Assembly: GCF_000008645.1 (NCBI RefSeq)
Contig: NC_000916.1
Coordinates: 1,230,001-1,262,000, forward strand
Direction of reading: 5' to 3'
Origin: Methanothermobacter thermautotrophicus str. Delta H
GTDB taxonomy: Archaea > Methanobacteriota > Methanobacteria > Methanobacteriales > Methanothermobacteraceae
Length of the DNA: 32,000 nucleotides
Shown: piece by piece, positions 7,424 through 20,238 of the stretch
Layout: each line of letters opens with the position of its first letter
Numbering within the stretch: the first letter of the stretch is position 1
Notes under the pieces: generated by a model
Told to the model about the DNA's origin: nothing
Databases searched by the model: none
Seen by the model: only the letters and a program-made list of their open reading frames with translations
Translations under genes and position numbers: made by a program

Positions 7424-9568
7424 CTATGTGGACATGTATGCCTCAATCACGCCGTGATAGGCATCATCAAGTTCCGAGATGTCCAGGGCCACATCGCCGA
7501 ATTCAAGGGTCCTGCCGCCGGTGGTTCCAATAACAGCCCATGGGACATCCAGCCCGCCCAGTATGTCCCTGGCTGATCCCCTCACGGTCATTATGTACCT
7601 TCCATTGGACTCTGAGAAGAGGGCCTCGTGGATGTTCCTGAATCTGCCAGGGATCTTCATGGGGTCTATCCTGGCCCCGATGCCTGACTTTATGGCCATC
7701 TCAGCCACTGCCACAGCTATTCCCCCGGCTGAGCAGTCATGGACCGCTGTCACCTTATTTCCGGACCCGTCGATTATCTCCTTAACTGCCTTTGCAGCTT
7801 CAAACTCTGCCTTAAGATCTGTTTCAGGGGGTTTTCCATCCACGATACCATGAACTGTCCTCAGGTACTCTGATGCGCCCAGTTCCGGCCCTGTTTCCCC
7901 GATGACCACTATCTCCTCCCCCTCGTCCTTGAAGTCCAAGGTCTTTATGCTATCAAGGGATAGTTTACCTGCCACACCCACCACAGGGGATGGGTTCACG
8001 GTGACGCCCTCTGTCTCATTGTAGAAGCTCACGTTACCACTTATAACGGGGGTGCTGAAGGTTTCTGCCATATCAGCCATGCCCCTCACACATTCCCTGA
8101 ACTGCCAGAATACCTCAGGCTTCTCTGGGTTGCCGAAGTTGAGGCAGTCAACTATGCAGACAGGCCAGGCCCCCATTGATACAACGTTCCTTATGGCCTC
8201 CCCGACCGAGGCCGCGCCTCCACCGTAGGGGTCGAGCTTCGTGTGGATGCTGTTGCAGTCGACGGTGAGTGCAACCCCTGTTGTGCCATCAACCCTCAGG
8301 ACGGCTGCATCGTCCCCTGGTTTTACGACGGTCCTTATCTGGACCTCATGGTCGTACTGCCTGTAAACCCAGCGCTTGCTTGCAATGTTTGGTGATGATA
8401 TCAGCTTCAGGAGTGTGTCCTTAAGGGGGGGATGCTTAACCTCCACCTGTCCCTCCGGTAGCTGGGGCTTTCTGGCTTCCCTCTCAACCACTGGAGGGTC
8501 CGCCAGGAGCTTTGCTGGTAGATCAGCTATGACCTCGCCCTCGCTCTCAACGATCATCCTGCCTGTGTCTGTAACCTCACCTATAACCGCTGCTGGTAAC
8601 TCATATTTCCTGCAGATTTCCATTGCAGCCTCAACATCATCTGGTGCCATCACGAAGATCATGCGCTCCTGTGACTCTGATAGCATGATCTCATAGGGGG
8701 TCATCCCCTCCTCCCGCAGTGGTATGGCCTCGAGGCTGACCCTTGCACCGTTGTCACACTTGGCGACCAGTTCGGAGATGCAGCAGGTCAGACCTCCCCC
8801 TCCAAGGTCCTTGACTCCTGAGACCTCTATCTCATCCATTATCTCGAAGCTTGCCTCCATGACCATCTTCTTTGTGAAGGGATCCCCCACCTGGACCGCG
8901 GGGCGGTCCTCGAGTTCAGAGGAACTTGTGAGCTCCTCGGATGCGAAGGTGACCCCATGTATCCCGTCCCTTCCTGTCCTTCCCCCCATGAGGAGGAAGA
9001 CGTCGCCGGGGCGGGGGGCGATTCCCCGCTTTATATCATTCTTAGGTACAAGTCCCGCGCACATAACATTTACGAGGGGGTTCAGCTGGAAGTTTTCATC
9101 GAATTCGACCTCGCCAGCAACTGTTGGTACGCCCACACGGTTCCCGTAGTCTGATATTCCCCTGACAACGTGCTCAAAGAGGTACCTTGACTTCTGGTCC
9201 TCAAGGTATCCGAAACGGAGTGAGTCCAGGAGAGCCACCGGCATGGCCCCCATTGAGATTATATCCCTTAATATGCCCCCTATACCTGTACCTGCGCCAC
9301 CATAGGGTTCTATGGCTGAGGGGTGGTTGTGACTTTCAATTCCGATGACCAGTGCCAGTTCATCGGTTATCTCCACAACACCTGCATCATCACCCGGGCC
9401 GATTATGACATCCTCGCCCTCTGTAGGGAAGAGGCCCAGGACCGGTCGGCTGCTCTTGTAGGAGCAGTGCTCCGAGAACATGACATCCAGCATCCCGTAC
9501 TCGAGGGGGTTGGGGTCCCTCCCAAGCTCCTTCCTTATAAATTCCATTTCAGAATCGGTTAAAACCAT
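7424..9568 (-). CDS. purL: Phosphoribosylformylglycinamidine synthase subunit PurL
   Basis: Track ORF 7424..9625. It shows full-length PurL-like sequence with duplicated AIRS-type domains. ATG 9568 ([10 protein letters not shown]) is preceded by GGTG and lies 2 nt after the ileS stop; the longer ORF would overlap ileS. Confidence 0.9.
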   Translation of the reverse strand: MVLTDSEMEFIRKELGRDPNPLEYGMLDVMFSEHCSYKSSRPVLGLFPTEGEDVIIGPGDDAGVVEITDELALVIGIESHNHPSAIEPYGGAGTGIGGILRDIISMGAMPVALLDSLRFGYLEDQKSRYLFEHVVRGISDYGNRVGVPTVAGEVEFDENFQLNPLVNVMCAGLVPKNDIKRGIAPRPGDVFLLMGGRTGRDGIHGVTFASEELTSSSELEDRPAVQVGDPFTKKMVMEASFEIMDEIEVSGVKDLGGGGLTCCISELVAKCDNGARVSLEAIPLREEGMTPYEIMLSESQERMIFVMAPDDVEAAMEICRKYELPAAVIGEVTDTGRMIVESEGEVIADLPAKLLADPPVVEREARKPQLPEGQVEVKHPPLKDTLLKLISSPNIASKRWVYRQYDHEVQIRTVVKPGDDAAVLRVDGTTGVALTVDCNSIHTKLDPYGGGAASVGEAIRNVVSMGAWPVCIVDCLNFGNPEKPEVFWQFRECVRGMADMAETFSTPVISGNVSFYNETEGVTVNPSPVVGVAGKLSLDSIKTLDFKDEGEEIVVIGETGPELGASEYLRTVHGIVDGKPPETDLKAEFEAAKAVKEIIDGSGNKVTAVHDCSAGGIAVAVAEMAIKSGIGARIDPMKIPGRFRNIHEALFSESNGRYIMTVRGSARDILGGLDVPWAVIGTTGGRTLEFGDVALDISELDDAYHGVIEAYMST

Positions 9569-9570
9569 TT

Positions 9571-12500
9571 TCACACCTTTGCAGGTTTTATTGATATTAT
9601 CAGGTTTTCGTCTGATATCTTCCATTCCTTGGTGTATTCGAGTTCAGAGTAATCAAAGGATAGTGTGCTGGCCCTCACCTCGTTCTCTATGAACTCCCTC
9701 TGGGGTTCTGTGAGTTCCCTGAATTCTTCGCTGCATTTAACTGACACCTCTATGCTGGCCTCAACGTCCAGGTCAAGGTCCTTCCTCATATCCTGGATTC
9801 TCCTTACAAGTTCCCGGGCCATTGCCTCGCTCATGATCTCAGGTGTGAGCTCTGTGTCGATGAAAACGCTTCCCCCATCGAACTGAGCGCTCACTATATT
9901 CTCTGGAAGCTCTGTTTCAAATACAATATCCTCAGATGTGAGTTTAAATTTCTTGCCATCAGTTTCAACCGTGAACTCACCATCGGAGTCCAGTGCAGCC
10001 TTCACTGCTGATCCGTCTGCGCCTTCCAGTTCCCTCATCACCAGGGGAATGTCCTGCCTAAGCCTGGGCCCCAGGGTTGCTGGATTTGGCCTGGCTATTA
10101 TTTTCATGTCAGGGAACTCCGTTGAGGTTTTGATGGACTTTGCATTGGCCTGCTCTGCTATGACGTTCTTGAGGGACTCTGCGGCCTTCAGAACACCTTC
10201 ATCCTCAGACACCACCACCATCTCCCTGACCGGCCATCTGAGCTTGTACCTTGCTGTGTCCCTGGCCCTTGCGCAGGCCTCTATTATCTCCCTGACGATA
10301 TCCATATCGGCCTCAAGCTGGCTGTCAACTGCCCCCTCATCCAGGATCCAGTCAAGCATGTGTATGCTCTCTGGTGAATCCGGTTCAGCTCCCCTTACAA
10401 GGTTCTGGTAGATGTCCTCACATACGTGGGGTGCCATCGGTGATAGGGTGACTATGAGGGTCTTGAGGACCGTGTAGAGGGTGTGGTAGGCTGCGAGTTT
10501 ATCGGGGTCGTCCCTCTCTATCCAGGTGCGGCTCCTTATCAGCCTTATGTACCAGCGGCTGAGGTCCTCCACTATGAAGTCATGGATTTCACGGGTGGCC
10601 CTGTGGAAGTGGAGGTTTTCAATGGCCTCTGTGACCTTAAGGGCCACGGAGTTGATCCTTGAGAGGATCCACCGGTCCTCATCCCTGAAGCTAAGATCCT
10701 CAGCACTGTGGTCTCCTGGCTGGAACCTGTCAAGGGACATGTAGGTTGTTGCGAATACATAGACATTCCAGAGTATGTTGAACATTTTGTTGACGTTCCT
10801 GAGCTCATCCCATACAAATTTGAGGTCCTCCCATGGCTTGTTTTCCCAGAGGAGATAGAATCTCAGGACGTCTGCACCATACTTCTCTATGACATCCTCG
10901 GGTTCAACAACGTTTCCCAGGGATTTGCTCATCTTACGGCCCTCTTCATCCAGGGTGAAGCCGTGCATGAGGACCCTCCTGTAGGGGACCTCATCCAGGG
11001 CTATGACACCGCATCCCAGCTGTGAGTAGAACCAGCCACGGGTCTGGTCATGGCCCTCGGTTATGAAGTCGTAGGGGAACCATTCCCTGAAGAGTTCTGT
11101 CTCTGAGGGGTAGTGGAGGGCTGCCCAGCCAGCCACCCCGGAGTCTATCCAGACATCCAGGACGTCAGGTGTCCTCTTCATCCTTCCACCGCATTCACCG
11201 CATTCAAGGACTATCCTGTCCACGTGGGGCCTGTGGATGAAGTCTCCCTCGAGTTCTCCCTCCACCGCCAGCTCCCTGAGTTCATCTATGGATCCAACCA
11301 CGTGTATGCTGTCACATTCCTCACATATCCATATTGGTATGGGTATTCCCCAGTACCTCTGCCTTGAGATGGTCCAGTCACGTGCATTCTCTATCCAGTT
11401 CCTGAATCTGCTCTCCCCTGCCCATGAGGGGACCCACTGGACCCTGTCAAGTTCCCTCAGCATCTTATCCTTTATCTCGGTTATCTTGAGGAACCACTGC
11501 TCTGTTGCAAGGTATATTATTGGTGTCTTGCACCTCCAGCAGAACCCGTACCTGTGGCTTATGGTCCCGGCCTTCAGGAGCAGACCCTTTGATCTGAGGT
11601 CAGCTATTATGTCTTCGTCGGCATCCTTGACAAAGCGGCCAGAGTACTTTCCTGCTTCCTCTGTGAAGATGCCTGCCTCGTCCACCGGACAGATGACCTC
11701 AAGACCATACTTCTTACCTATCTCGAAGTCCTCTGGACCATGCCCCGGTGCTGTGTGGACGCAGCCTGTCCCCTCTGTCAGGGTTACGTGGTCCCCCAGG
11801 ATCACCCTGTGTTCAATCTCCCTGTGGAGGGGTACCTCATCATCGAGGGGGTGCCTGTAGGTTAAACCCTCTAGTTCGGTCCCTTTAACCCTTTTCAGGA
11901 TCTCGGCTTCTTCACCAAGAACCTTCTCGACCAGAGCCTCTGCCATTATGTAGGTTTCTCCATCAAGGCGTGCGTAGGCGTATTCAAAGTCCGGGTGGAC
12001 CGCAACCGCCATGTTCGCAGGGAGAGTCCAGGGCGTGGTTGTCCATACAAGTATGTGGGTGTCCCCTGAAACAGGGAACTTCACATAGATTGATGGGTCC
12101 TCCTTATCATGGTAGTCGATCTCTGCCAGGGCCAGGGCTGTTTCACAGCGTGGACACCAGGTTATGACCCTCAGATCCCTCACAAGGAGGTCCTTTTCAT
12201 GGGCCCTTTTGAGGGTCCACCAGCATGATTCCATGTAGGCGGGGTCAAAGGTTACATAGGGGTCATCCCAGTCCATCCATACACCCAGACGCTGGAACTG
12301 GCCTGTCATGACTGCCTTATTCTCAACTGCAAATTCCCTGCATTTGTTGACGAATTCCTCGATTCCAATCTTGTCCTCAATGTCCTTCTTGCTCCTGACA
12401 CCAAGGAGTCCCTCGACCTTGTGTTCGATGGGGAGACCGTGGGTGTCCCATCCAGGCTGCCTCCTGACATTGAACCCCTTCATTGACTTGAAGCGGAGGT

Positions 12501-12705
12501 ATGTATCCTTCATTATCTTGTTCCATGCTGTGCCGAGGTGAATCCTTCCACTGCAGTAGGGTGGGCCGTCAAGGAATGAATAGCGTGGCCTATCCTCCCT
12601 CAGTTCCTTCACCCGTTCATAGATGTCCCTTTCTTCCCAGAAACTCTGGACCTTCTCCTCGATCCTGTGGGGTCTGTAGGATTTTTCGGCTTCCTGGATT
12701 GGCAT
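9571..12705 (-). CDS. ileS: Isoleucine--tRNA ligase
   Basis: The 1044-aa ORF is a class I synthetase with HLGTAWNK (HIGH-type) and KMSKS motifs, a CP1 editing region and Cys clusters typical of archaeal IleRS. GGGAG lies upstream of the ATG. Confidence 0.95.
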   Translation of the reverse strand: MPIQEAEKSYRPHRIEEKVQSFWEERDIYERVKELREDRPRYSFLDGPPYCSGRIHLGTAWNKIMKDTYLRFKSMKGFNVRRQPGWDTHGLPIEHKVEGLLGVRSKKDIEDKIGIEEFVNKCREFAVENKAVMTGQFQRLGVWMDWDDPYVTFDPAYMESCWWTLKRAHEKDLLVRDLRVITWCPRCETALALAEIDYHDKEDPSIYVKFPVSGDTHILVWTTTPWTLPANMAVAVHPDFEYAYARLDGETYIMAEALVEKVLGEEAEILKRVKGTELEGLTYRHPLDDEVPLHREIEHRVILGDHVTLTEGTGCVHTAPGHGPEDFEIGKKYGLEVICPVDEAGIFTEEAGKYSGRFVKDADEDIIADLRSKGLLLKAGTISHRYGFCWRCKTPIIYLATEQWFLKITEIKDKMLRELDRVQWVPSWAGESRFRNWIENARDWTISRQRYWGIPIPIWICEECDSIHVVGSIDELRELAVEGELEGDFIHRPHVDRIVLECGECGGRMKRTPDVLDVWIDSGVAGWAALHYPSETELFREWFPYDFITEGHDQTRGWFYSQLGCGVIALDEVPYRRVLMHGFTLDEEGRKMSKSLGNVVEPEDVIEKYGADVLRFYLLWENKPWEDLKFVWDELRNVNKMFNILWNVYVFATTYMSLDRFQPGDHSAEDLSFRDEDRWILSRINSVALKVTEAIENLHFHRATREIHDFIVEDLSRWYIRLIRSRTWIERDDPDKLAAYHTLYTVLKTLIVTLSPMAPHVCEDIYQNLVRGAEPDSPESIHMLDWILDEGAVDSQLEADMDIVREIIEACARARDTARYKLRWPVREMVVVSEDEGVLKAAESLKNVIAEQANAKSIKTSTEFPDMKIIARPNPATLGPRLRQDIPLVMRELEGADGSAVKAALDSDGEFTVETDGKKFKLTSEDIVFETELPENIVSAQFDGGSVFIDTELTPEIMSEAMARELVRRIQDMRKDLDLDVEASIEVSVKCSEEFRELTEPQREFIENEVRASTLSFDYSELEYTKEWKISDENLIISIKPAKV

Positions 12706-12727
12706 GTGTTTCTCCCTCAGCTGGATA

Positions 12728-13933
12728 TTAGAAGGTCCTGAGCTGTCCCTTCACTAACATCTCGGTTATGCTGGGTATGTCCTCCAGCCAGGCGTCCATG
12801 ACACCTGAAACCTTCCCTGTGACTTCATCCATTGTATACCCGTCCTCAAGGATCACCTGGGCTGTTGCAGCCTTTGGATGGTCAATCGGTTTTCCTATCT
12901 GGCTCAGTATCATTATGTGGACCTGTTTAACACCCTCAACACTTTCAACTATATCTCCGGCCATCTGGTTTGAGAGGAGGTTGTAGATCTTACCCACATG
13001 GTTTATGGGGTTCTTACCTGATGTTGCCTCCATTGACATTGGCCTGTTGGGTGTTATGAGTCCATTGGCCCTGTTACCCCTTCCAACTGATCCATCGTCA
13101 CCCATCTCTGCGGAGGTCCCTGTTACAGTGATGTAGACTGAGGGTTCATCATCCTCGCAGCGGTCGGCGGTGTTGACAAAGACCTCAAGGTTCCTGTCTG
13201 TGAGTTTTGAGGCGATTTTGAAGACCTCATCCCTCACAACGTTCTTGACCTCCAGGTACTCCTCGAGGTCTGAGACGTACCTGTCAACCATTGCACAGGC
13301 GACCGTGAGTGTGATGTTATCATTTTCCCTGAGCCCCATGACCTTTATGTCCTCACCAACGGCAGGGTGCTTCTTCTTGAATTCGGGTGAGTTCAGGAGG
13401 TTCTCTGCCTCCATGACTATCCTCTCTGTCTCTGAGAAGGGAGCGAATCCAACACCGAAGGATGTGTCGTTTGAGAGGGGTGCCCTGCCCTTCCTGGCAA
13501 ATACATCCCTGAGGTCCCCTGAGCCATGGCCGATCTTGCACTCAACCACGGCGCAGGTTTCAACATCAAGGTTCAGTATGTTCTCCCTCAGGTACTCCTT
13601 GGCCGCTGAGATGGCTATCCTGTCGAGGCCTATCTTCTCACCATCAACCTCTGCTATGCCCCTCCCTGTGAGGAGTATCTCCATGGGTTTTATGACCTCG
13701 CCGCCTCCGAACTGGGGGGCTGATTCGCCGGCTGTTATCTGAACCTCGTCGGTGTTGTGGTGCATTATTGCACCGAACCTGTCAAGGTAGGCGTTGCATA
13801 GGGCCCTGCTCACTGATTCCGCGATCCCGTCACTTATACTGTCCGGATGCCCTATGCCCTTCCTTTCAACTATCTCCACCTTCTGATCCTCGATTGGTGT
13901 CTGGTTAAGGGGTTCAACGATAATATTTCTCAC
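12728..13933 (-). CDS. mat: Archaeal-type S-adenosylmethionine synthetase
   Basis: Track ORF 12728..13960. The sequence is typical of archaeal MAT ([14 protein letters not shown] near the N-terminus). GTG 13933 (VRNIIVEPL) is preceded by AGGAGGT at a 7-nt spacing, and that SD lies inside the longer ORF. Confidence 0.9.
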   Translation of the reverse strand: MRNIIVEPLNQTPIEDQKVEIVERKGIGHPDSISDGIAESVSRALCNAYLDRFGAIMHHNTDEVQITAGESAPQFGGGEVIKPMEILLTGRGIAEVDGEKIGLDRIAISAAKEYLRENILNLDVETCAVVECKIGHGSGDLRDVFARKGRAPLSNDTSFGVGFAPFSETERIVMEAENLLNSPEFKKKHPAVGEDIKVMGLRENDNITLTVACAMVDRYVSDLEEYLEVKNVVRDEVFKIASKLTDRNLEVFVNTADRCEDDEPSVYITVTGTSAEMGDDGSVGRGNRANGLITPNRPMSMEATSGKNPINHVGKIYNLLSNQMAGDIVESVEGVKQVHIMILSQIGKPIDHPKAATAQVILEDGYTMDEVTGKVSGVMDAWLEDIPSITEMLVKGQLRTF

Positions 13934-14025
13934 AGTGATAACCTCCTGATGAATATCCACAGTAATGGTTTATGGTTTTGGGGTGATGATATAAATAAGT
14001 ATATACATCCAGTTCAGGAGAAATT

Positions 14026-14397
14026 ATGATGAAGAGAGAGGTCATTAATAAGACGCGGGGCACCAGTCTGGGTGCCGTCAGATTTGCCAGGACATTCATG
14101 TCACGCTTCAGGGGCCTGATGCTACGCAGGGACGTTGAAACCGGACTTGTGCTGGAGATACCTGTGGGGAGGGGGAGGTATGGCTCAGGGATACACATGT
14201 TCTTCATGCTTGTCCCGCTGGACGTTTTATTTGTTGATGGAGATATGCGGGTCGTTGACAGTGTAACCCTCAGGCCATGGCAGATCTACAACCCCAGGAA
14301 ACCCGCAAGGTATGTTATAGAACTCAGGGAGGGAAAGATCAGGGATTCAGGGACCCGGGTTGGGGATACAATCGAATTCAGGGACCTGCAGTCCTGA
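14026..14397 (+). CDS. DUF192 (COG1430) family protein
   Basis: The 123-aa ORF follows the DUF192 pattern (RFRGLM...[16 protein letters not shown]...YVIELREG). AGGAG lies 5 nt upstream of the ATG. Confidence 0.7.
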
Positions 14398-14464
14398 TAT
14401 GATTTCAGTAGGTGATCTGCCAGATGCTCATACCGGATAGCAACAGCCAGAGCAGAACTCAGAA

Positions 14465-14854
14465 CTAAGCTGCACGTTTCCTTATCTCAGAAATGGCGAC
14501 CTCAGCCACCCTCCTAACCATCGGGCTCTCATCATCAAGGAGCTCCTCAAGGTCCGGGATTGAATCCTCATCACCCAGTATCCCGAGGGCCAGTGCACAC
14601 GCATATCTGACTCCAGGTTTATCATCCGAGAGGTGCTCCCTGAGTGGTTCAACCGCCATCCTATCATCAAAGGTTGCAAGGGCGAGCGCTGCAGCCTCCC
14701 TCACATGGTAGTCCTCATCATCAAGGGCTTCAATGAGTGGCCCCACTGCACGTGGGTCAGCCACCTCTGCAAGTAGTTCCACGGCATCCTCACGCACGAC
14801 CCAGTCCGGGTTCCGGAGTTCCTCCAGAAGAAAATCTATTCGTTTACCCTCCAT
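14465..14854 (-). CDS. HEAT/PBS-lyase-type repeat protein
   Basis: Track ORF 14465..14863. It contains four tandem about 30-aa repeats of the form D..VR..A..ALG...D..A...L. ATG 14854 is preceded by GGGGTG. Confidence 0.7.
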   Translation of the reverse strand: MEGKRIDFLLEELRNPDWVVREDAVELLAEVADPRAVGPLIEALDDEDYHVREAAALALATFDDRMAVEPLREHLSDDKPGVRYACALALGILGDEDSIPDLEELLDDESPMVRRVAEVAISEIRKRAA

Positions 14855-14885
14855 AAAAAACACCCCTGAGGTTTATATGGTCCTG

Positions 14886-14913
14886 AAAAAAATTAAGTTT
14901 TTTGGTTTTTTTT
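14886..14913. terminator. Bidirectional oligo-A/oligo-T tract (A7, T6, T8) downstream of dmrX
   Basis: Read directly: A7 at 14886-14892 (T7 on the minus strand, about 100 nt after the dmrX stop), then T6 at 14898-14903 and T8 at 14906-14913 on the plus strand. Oligo-T is the archaeal termination signal. Confidence 0.4.
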
Positions 14914-14989
14914 ATTGTCTATTATTAAGACTGATCAGGGTGCCTTTCGGTGTTTGAATAGCTGCCGGATGGTTTTTGTATTATCCTGC

Positions 14990-15700
14990 TTAGATATGAC
15001 TGTGCGCCATGTTCTCCAGAATCTCCCCGGGTTTTGCGAAAACCCTTATTCCATCCATTGCAGCGAGTCTTGCTGTGTTCCTTATATCCACTTCCCTCAT
15101 GTGTATGGTTATGATCCGGCCCCCTGAGACCGCGCCGTGGGGACAGGCTGTTCTGCAGGCGCCGCAGCCCCTGCAGCTGAGTAGTCTTATCTCAACACCC
15201 GGAACTATGGCGTCCTCGGGGCATGCTGCAGCTGCAAGACATGGTTCACATCCTCTGCAGAGTTCAAGTTCAAGTTTTGATGGCAGAACCGTCTCAACGT
15301 CGCCCTCCTCAAGGTCAACGGGTACACAGTAAACCGGCACCCCACCCTTGCCTGCCTGGGCAACTGCATTGGTGACAAGGGTGTCTGCTATGCCGTGGAC
15401 GACCTTGGCCACGGTGTTGGAGGTTACAGGTGAGACCACCAGGAGATCGTATCTTCCCATGGAAAGCCTACCTGTTATGGGGAAACTGTAGCCCTCCTGG
15501 TCCTCGGTTATGAGTTCCCGGTAGTAACCCCCTGAAAGTCTTTTAACCCTTTCAAGGAGGCCGTACATCCTCAGGACCTCCTCCGCTGCGCCTGAGAGCA
15601 GAATGGTCACCTCGTGTCCCCCTTCAACCATGGCCTCAAGGGCCTCGACGCTTTCAAGGAGGAGGTGGCCTGCACCTGTGAATGCCCAGGCAATCCTCAT
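14990..15700 (-). CDS. dmrX: Iron-sulfur flavoprotein, DmrX-like (putative dihydromethanopterin reductase)
   Basis: The 236-aa ORF has a flavoprotein-type N-terminus ([14 protein letters not shown]) plus two ferredoxin-type motifs (CRGCEPC...CP and [12 protein letters not shown]). The ATG abuts the glyA stop (TAGATG). The family assignment comes from recalled architecture, not from an alignment. Confidence 0.55.
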   Translation of the reverse strand: MRIAWAFTGAGHLLLESVEALEAMVEGGHEVTILLSGAAEEVLRMYGLLERVKRLSGGYYRELITEDQEGYSFPITGRLSMGRYDLLVVSPVTSNTVAKVVHGIADTLVTNAVAQAGKGGVPVYCVPVDLEEGDVETVLPSKLELELCRGCEPCLAAAACPEDAIVPGVEIRLLSCRGCGACRTACPHGAVSGGRIITIHMREVDIRNTARLAAMDGIRVFAKPGEILENMAHSHI

Positions 15701-16972
15701 CTACTGGATCTCCATGTACTTGTAGGCCTCCGAGTCCTCAAAGGCGTAGTGGACCCGGGTATATGATGACATGAACTCTGCAACCTCGTCCCTGACATCC
15801 TTTCCGTCCATAACAACTCTCTTGATGTACTCTGCAACCTCTGACATCTCTGACTCCTTCATGCCCCTCCTTGTTATCTCCTGTGTACCTATGCGTATCC
15901 CTGATGGGTCATCTGACCTGTTCACATCATCCCATGGGAGGAGGTTCTTGTTGAGTATTATGTTGTTGGCCTCGAGCCTCTTTGAGATCTCTGCTGCCCT
16001 TCCAATATCAGAGACGTCCATCACCACCTGGTGGGACTCTGTGAAGTCAAGGTGCTCACATAACACGTTGAATCCGAGTTCATGGAGGTTTTCAGCGAGT
16101 TTCCTGGCATTATTGATTGTCTGGGCTGCATATTCAGCTCCAAATTCCAGCATCTCTGCCGTTGCTATCCCAAGGCCGGCCACGTGGTGGAGGTGGTGGT
16201 TGCTCACAAGTCCGGGGAACACCGCCTCATCTATGTCAGCTGCAAGTTCCTCCCTGCAGAGGATTATACCGCCCTGTGGGCCCGGGAAGGTCTTGTGGGT
16301 GCTTCCAACAAGCATGTCGGCGCCCTCACGTAGTGGGTCCTGGAAGTAGCCCCCTGCAATGAGGCCCAGGACGTGGGCACCATCGTACATTATCCTTGCC
16401 CCCACCTCCTCGGCGGCCTCAAGAGCCTCCTCCACAGGGTGAGGGAAGAGGAAGAGGCTTCCGCCGAAGAGTATTATCCTTGGTTTAACCTCCAGTATCT
16501 TCTTCTTCATTGCATCGGCGTCTATGTTCATGTTCTCAAAGTCAAAGGGGTGTGTGTATATCTGGAAACCCCTTACACCGGCTGCGCTGACCCTGGCATG
16601 GGATATGTGTCCTCCGTAGGGGACCTCCATGGCCATTATGGGGTCGCCCACCTCTGCTGTGGCGAAGAAACAGGCGAGGTTTGCCACGACACCTGATGTT
16701 GGCTGGACGTTCGCATGTTCCGCCCTGAAGAGCCTCTTTGAAAGTTCAATTGTTAACTCTTCAATCTCGTCGATGTACCTGCATCCCTCATAGAGTCTTT
16801 CACCGGGGAGGCCCTCTGCATATCGGTGGGATAGATCCGAGAGGAGTGCCTCCTTCACCCGTGAACTCGTTATGTTTTCACTTGCTATGAGGTTAATGCT
16901 TGACTCCATCCAGCTGTTATGGTCCTTCATAAGCTGTCTGATCTTCTCGGTATAATCCTGATTGCTGACCAT
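15701..16972 (-). CDS. glyA: Serine hydroxymethyltransferase (tetrahydromethanopterin-dependent in methanogens)
   Basis: Track ORF 15701..16987 (TTG). It has the PLP-lysine motif [12 protein letters not shown] and full-length SHMT similarity. ATG 16972 (MVSNQDY) lies downstream of GGAG; the start is uncertain by 5 codons. Confidence 0.9.
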   Translation of the reverse strand: MVSNQDYTEKIRQLMKDHNSWMESSINLIASENITSSRVKEALLSDLSHRYAEGLPGERLYEGCRYIDEIEELTIELSKRLFRAEHANVQPTSGVVANLACFFATAEVGDPIMAMEVPYGGHISHARVSAAGVRGFQIYTHPFDFENMNIDADAMKKKILEVKPRIILFGGSLFLFPHPVEEALEAAEEVGARIMYDGAHVLGLIAGGYFQDPLREGADMLVGSTHKTFPGPQGGIILCREELAADIDEAVFPGLVSNHHLHHVAGLGIATAEMLEFGAEYAAQTINNARKLAENLHELGFNVLCEHLDFTESHQVVMDVSDIGRAAEISKRLEANNIILNKNLLPWDDVNRSDDPSGIRIGTQEITRRGMKESEMSEVAEYIKRVVMDGKDVRDEVAEFMSSYTRVHYAFEDSEAYKYMEIQ

Positions 16973-17007
16973 GAAAATCATCTCCAATAGGAAAATAGTT
17001 GCAATGA

Positions 17008-17020
17008 CAATATAAAATTG
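17008..17020 (-). promoter_or_regulatory. TATA box candidate for glyA-dmrX (minus-strand CAATTTTATATTG)
   Basis: An AT-rich TTTTATAT element lies 36-48 nt upstream of ATG 16972 on the minus strand. Confidence 0.4.
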
Positions 17021-17154
17021 GTGTTAACTTCCATTACCAGTTGCGATGTCAACATAAAAAACGCGTGTTGATAGCTGGGGGGATTCCGAATCCGATTGCT
17101 CGGAGTATTATGTAAGTTAGAAAAAGGATAAAGGATTTGATGGGGTTAACCCAT

Positions 17155-19134
17155 CTATTTTGCCTGTTCGTTGAGTGCAGCTTCGATCTGGGCCATGATC
17201 TGCTCGGTCCTGAAGTGCTGCTGGTCCATGGCACCTGATGGGCATGCTGCCACACATGTTCCGCATCCCTTACAGAGGGCCACGTTAACGTTTGCATGGC
17301 CTTCCTCTATGCTTATGGCACCGAATGGACACAGTTCTATGCAGACCTCACATCCACCGCAGACATCGGAGTCTGTCACGGCGACTATTGGCTCGATTTC
17401 CACTTCACCCTTAACCATTGGTATTGCTGCACGTGCAGCTGCACCTGATGCCTGTGCAACAGCGTCAGGAATGTCCTTTGGACCCTGAGCAACACCTGCA
17501 AGGTACACACCGTCTGTCAGTGTGTCAACCGGCCTGAGTTTTGGGTGAGCTTCCATCAGGAATCCGTCTGCAGATTTGGATAGACCTATGGTCTGTCTGA
17601 GTTTCTCAGAGCCCTCTGGTGGGACAAGTCCCACACCGAGTACAACCATGTCGTAGTCGTACTCTGTGACCTTACCGAGGAGTGTGTCCTCTGATCTCAC
17701 TGTGAGTGTCAGGTCAGGGTTTTCGAGGATCTCAGCAGGTCGTCCCCTGATGAACTTGATTCCGTATTTCTCCTGTGAACGTTTGTAGAATTCCTCGAAT
17801 CCTTTACCGAATGCCCTTATGTCCATGTAGTAGAGTGTGACCTCGGTATCAGGCATCTTGTCCTTTATGAGCTGTGCGTTCTTCATTATGTACATGCAGC
17901 AGACACGGGAACAGTATGGTTTTCCGATCTGTTCGTCCCTTGAACCGACACAGTGTATGAAGGCAACCCTCTTGGGTTTTTCACCGTCTGATGGTTTGAT
18001 GACCTTACCATCGGTTGGACCTGAAGCGTTGATCATCCTTTCAAGTTCAAGACCGGTTATTACGTTTGTATGTCTGCCGTAACCGTATTCGAGCTTCTCG
18101 GTTGGGTCGTAGGCATCGTATCCTGTGGCCACGATTATGGTACCCACTTCGATTTCGATTTCCTCTGGTTCCTGGTCGTGCTTAACGGCTCCCCTCTCAC
18201 AGATCTCATCACAGAGCATGCACTCTATACAGTAGTCCTTGTCGATGGTTGCGCAGAGTGGAACTGCCTGTGGGAATGGTATGTAGACCGCCTTGGTCAT
18301 ACCGATTCCCTCGTCGAAGTAGTTTGGCATTTCAATCGGACATACTTCGACACAGGAACCGCATCCGGTACACAGATCTTCATCTATGTATCTGGGTTTC
18401 TTCTCGATTTTGACCTTGAAGTTACCTATGTAACCGTCAACTTCCTTAACCTCAGCGTAGGTTATGAGTTCAATGTTGTCATGTTTACCGACGTCCACCA
18501 TCTTAGGTGCGAGGATACACATTGAACAGTCGAGGGTCGGGAATGTCTTGTCGAGCTGACCCATCCTTCCTGAGATACTTGGCCTCTTCTCAACCATGTA
18601 GGTCTTGAATCCCATGTCAGCAAGGTCAAGGGCTGTCTGTATACCTGCAACCCCACCACCGATGACGAGGGCCTTGTCATCCACACTGACCTTTGATGCC
18701 TCCAGAGGTTCCAGGAGCCTTGCCTTGGCAACGGCCATCCTCACAAGGTCCTTGGCCTTTTCTGTTGCACCCTCAGGGTCGTCCATGTGCACCCATGAGT
18801 CCTGCTCCCTGAGGTTTGCGAATTCGAAGAGGAACTGGTTGAGTCCTGCTTCCTCAACACATCTCCTGAAGGTTGGTTCGTGGAGCCTTGGGGAACATGC
18901 AGCCACAACAACCCTGTTCAGTCCGAGCTCCTTGATATCCTTCTGTATCTCGAGCTGACCTGGGTCTGAACAGTAGTACTTGTAGTCCTTTGAAACTACA
19001 ACGTTGGGTAATTTTGCAGCGTAGTCCCTGACAGCTTCTATGTCAACCACACCGCCGATGTTTACACCGCAGTGGCAGACGTAAACACCAATTCTTGGTT
19101 CTTCCATTGTTTCTTCTTTTTTTTCTTCTGCCAT
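17155..19134 (-). CDS. hdrA: Heterodisulfide reductase subunit A (FAD, multiple [4Fe-4S])
   Basis: Track ORF 17155..19164. It has the FAD fold motif [14 protein letters not shown], four CxxCxxCxxxCP ferredoxin motifs and the N-terminal CHCG cluster. ATG 19134 (MAEEKKEE) is preceded by GGTGAT. There is no in-frame TGA, so this is the Cys form, not the Sec form. Confidence 0.95.
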   Translation of the reverse strand: MAEEKKEETMEEPRIGVYVCHCGVNIGGVVDIEAVRDYAAKLPNVVVSKDYKYYCSDPGQLEIQKDIKELGLNRVVVAACSPRLHEPTFRRCVEEAGLNQFLFEFANLREQDSWVHMDDPEGATEKAKDLVRMAVAKARLLEPLEASKVSVDDKALVIGGGVAGIQTALDLADMGFKTYMVEKRPSISGRMGQLDKTFPTLDCSMCILAPKMVDVGKHDNIELITYAEVKEVDGYIGNFKVKIEKKPRYIDEDLCTGCGSCVEVCPIEMPNYFDEGIGMTKAVYIPFPQAVPLCATIDKDYCIECMLCDEICERGAVKHDQEPEEIEIEVGTIIVATGYDAYDPTEKLEYGYGRHTNVITGLELERMINASGPTDGKVIKPSDGEKPKRVAFIHCVGSRDEQIGKPYCSRVCCMYIMKNAQLIKDKMPDTEVTLYYMDIRAFGKGFEEFYKRSQEKYGIKFIRGRPAEILENPDLTLTVRSEDTLLGKVTEYDYDMVVLGVGLVPPEGSEKLRQTIGLSKSADGFLMEAHPKLRPVDTLTDGVYLAGVAQGPKDIPDAVAQASGAAARAAIPMVKGEVEIEPIVAVTDSDVCGGCEVCIELCPFGAISIEEGHANVNVALCKGCGTCVAACPSGAMDQQHFRTEQIMAQIEAALNEQAK

Positions 19135-19315
19135 TAGATCACCTTGCATAGGGGTATCTAGCAATGATAGTCAGTTGATGTAAGGTATACCACAGTGCTA
19201 AATAAATATTTCTATCAAAAACTTTAAGTAAGGTTTATATACTATTACACTTTCCTCAGTTTTTTTCAGGTATATTAAATAAATGTTTATTCTGTGTGTA
19301 TTTTGCTGTGACTTT

Positions 19316-20215
19316 TTAGAGCACAACTGACCAGAGGGGTAACGACACGAGACTTAGGATTGTACTCATGAATATGCATGATGATACAAGGTCCACGTCC
19401 AGGTCGTTCTCAATTGCAAGTACCGCTGCAAGCATTGCAGAGGGCATTGAAGCCTCGAGTACCGTGACAGAGAAGTTAAGTCCCCTGAATGCAAGGACAT
19501 AGGAGATCCCGGCTGCCATGAGTGGAGATATGAGGAGCCTGAGACCACTGACAAGGGTCGCATCGGCCACCGAATGCCTTAAAAATCTGAAGTTGAGTGT
19601 AAGGCCCAGGGATATCATTATGAGCGGAACCGCCGCCCCTGAGAGGTATCCGAGGATGGTGCCGGCAATGCCTGTGGGAAGTCCCCAGAGGTTGAAGATG
19701 ACCCCCAGCAGGAAGGCCCAGAGAGGAGGGAAGAAGACGGCCCTCTTCATGATTCTGGAACCCTCACCTCCAGAGATGTGTGATAGAAGAAGTCCGAGGG
19801 ACGTGAACATCAGTGTGGTGCCGGTGTCATAGAATATGGCCCTCACAAGTCCCTCTGAGCCGAATATCCCTGCTGTGACCGGGTAACCCAGGAAACCGGA
19901 GTTCATCATCGCTGCAGCTACAGTTAAACCCCATGTTTTACCTGAATCCAGTCCTCTTCTCCTTGCCCAGAGATATGCAATCGTTCCAGAGAGTGTGCCC
20001 GTAATCATGCAGATAACCGGTATGAGTACAAGGTCTGAGATCCCTGATAGGTCTGCCCGGTAGAGGGACGTGAATATGAGGGATGGTATGGCCACATTGA
20101 TGACAACCCGGTTGAGGGTGGATGCATCCTCCTCCCCGAGAACCCCGAGGACCTTGAGGATGTAACCAAGGAGGACAAGAACCAGCACCGACAGTACAGT
20201 CTCAGTGGAACCCAT
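19316..20215 (-). CDS. Auxin efflux carrier (AEC) family permease
   Basis: Track ORF 19316..20224 (TTG). It has about 10 hydrophobic helices and an N-terminal pattern typical of the Mem_trans/AEC family. ATG 20215 is taken as the start, and no clear SD is present. Confidence 0.7.
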   Translation of the reverse strand: MGSTETVLSVLVLVLLGYILKVLGVLGEEDASTLNRVVINVAIPSLIFTSLYRADLSGISDLVLIPVICMITGTLSGTIAYLWARRRGLDSGKTWGLTVAAAMMNSGFLGYPVTAGIFGSEGLVRAIFYDTGTTLMFTSLGLLLSHISGGEGSRIMKRAVFFPPLWAFLLGVIFNLWGLPTGIAGTILGYLSGAAVPLIMISLGLTLNFRFLRHSVADATLVSGLRLLISPLMAAGISYVLAFRGLNFSVTVLEASMPSAMLAAVLAIENDLDVDLVSSCIFMSTILSLVSLPLWSVVL

Positions 20216-20238
20216 AAAAATCAAAAAATAAATCTGGT

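Noticed and set aside
17076-17100. tRNA T-arm-like string GGGGGATTCCGAATCC downstream of hdrA
   Set aside because: No complementary stem (CCCCC) follows the loop, and no acceptor or anticodon arms can be drawn. It is only a short palindrome (GGATTC-C-GAATCC).
17155-19134. Selenocysteine recoding in hdrA, and inteins in radA, ileS or rpa
   Set aside because: hdrA has no in-frame TGA, with Cys at the relevant position. RadA (311 aa) and IleRS (1044 aa) are of normal length with uninterrupted motifs.
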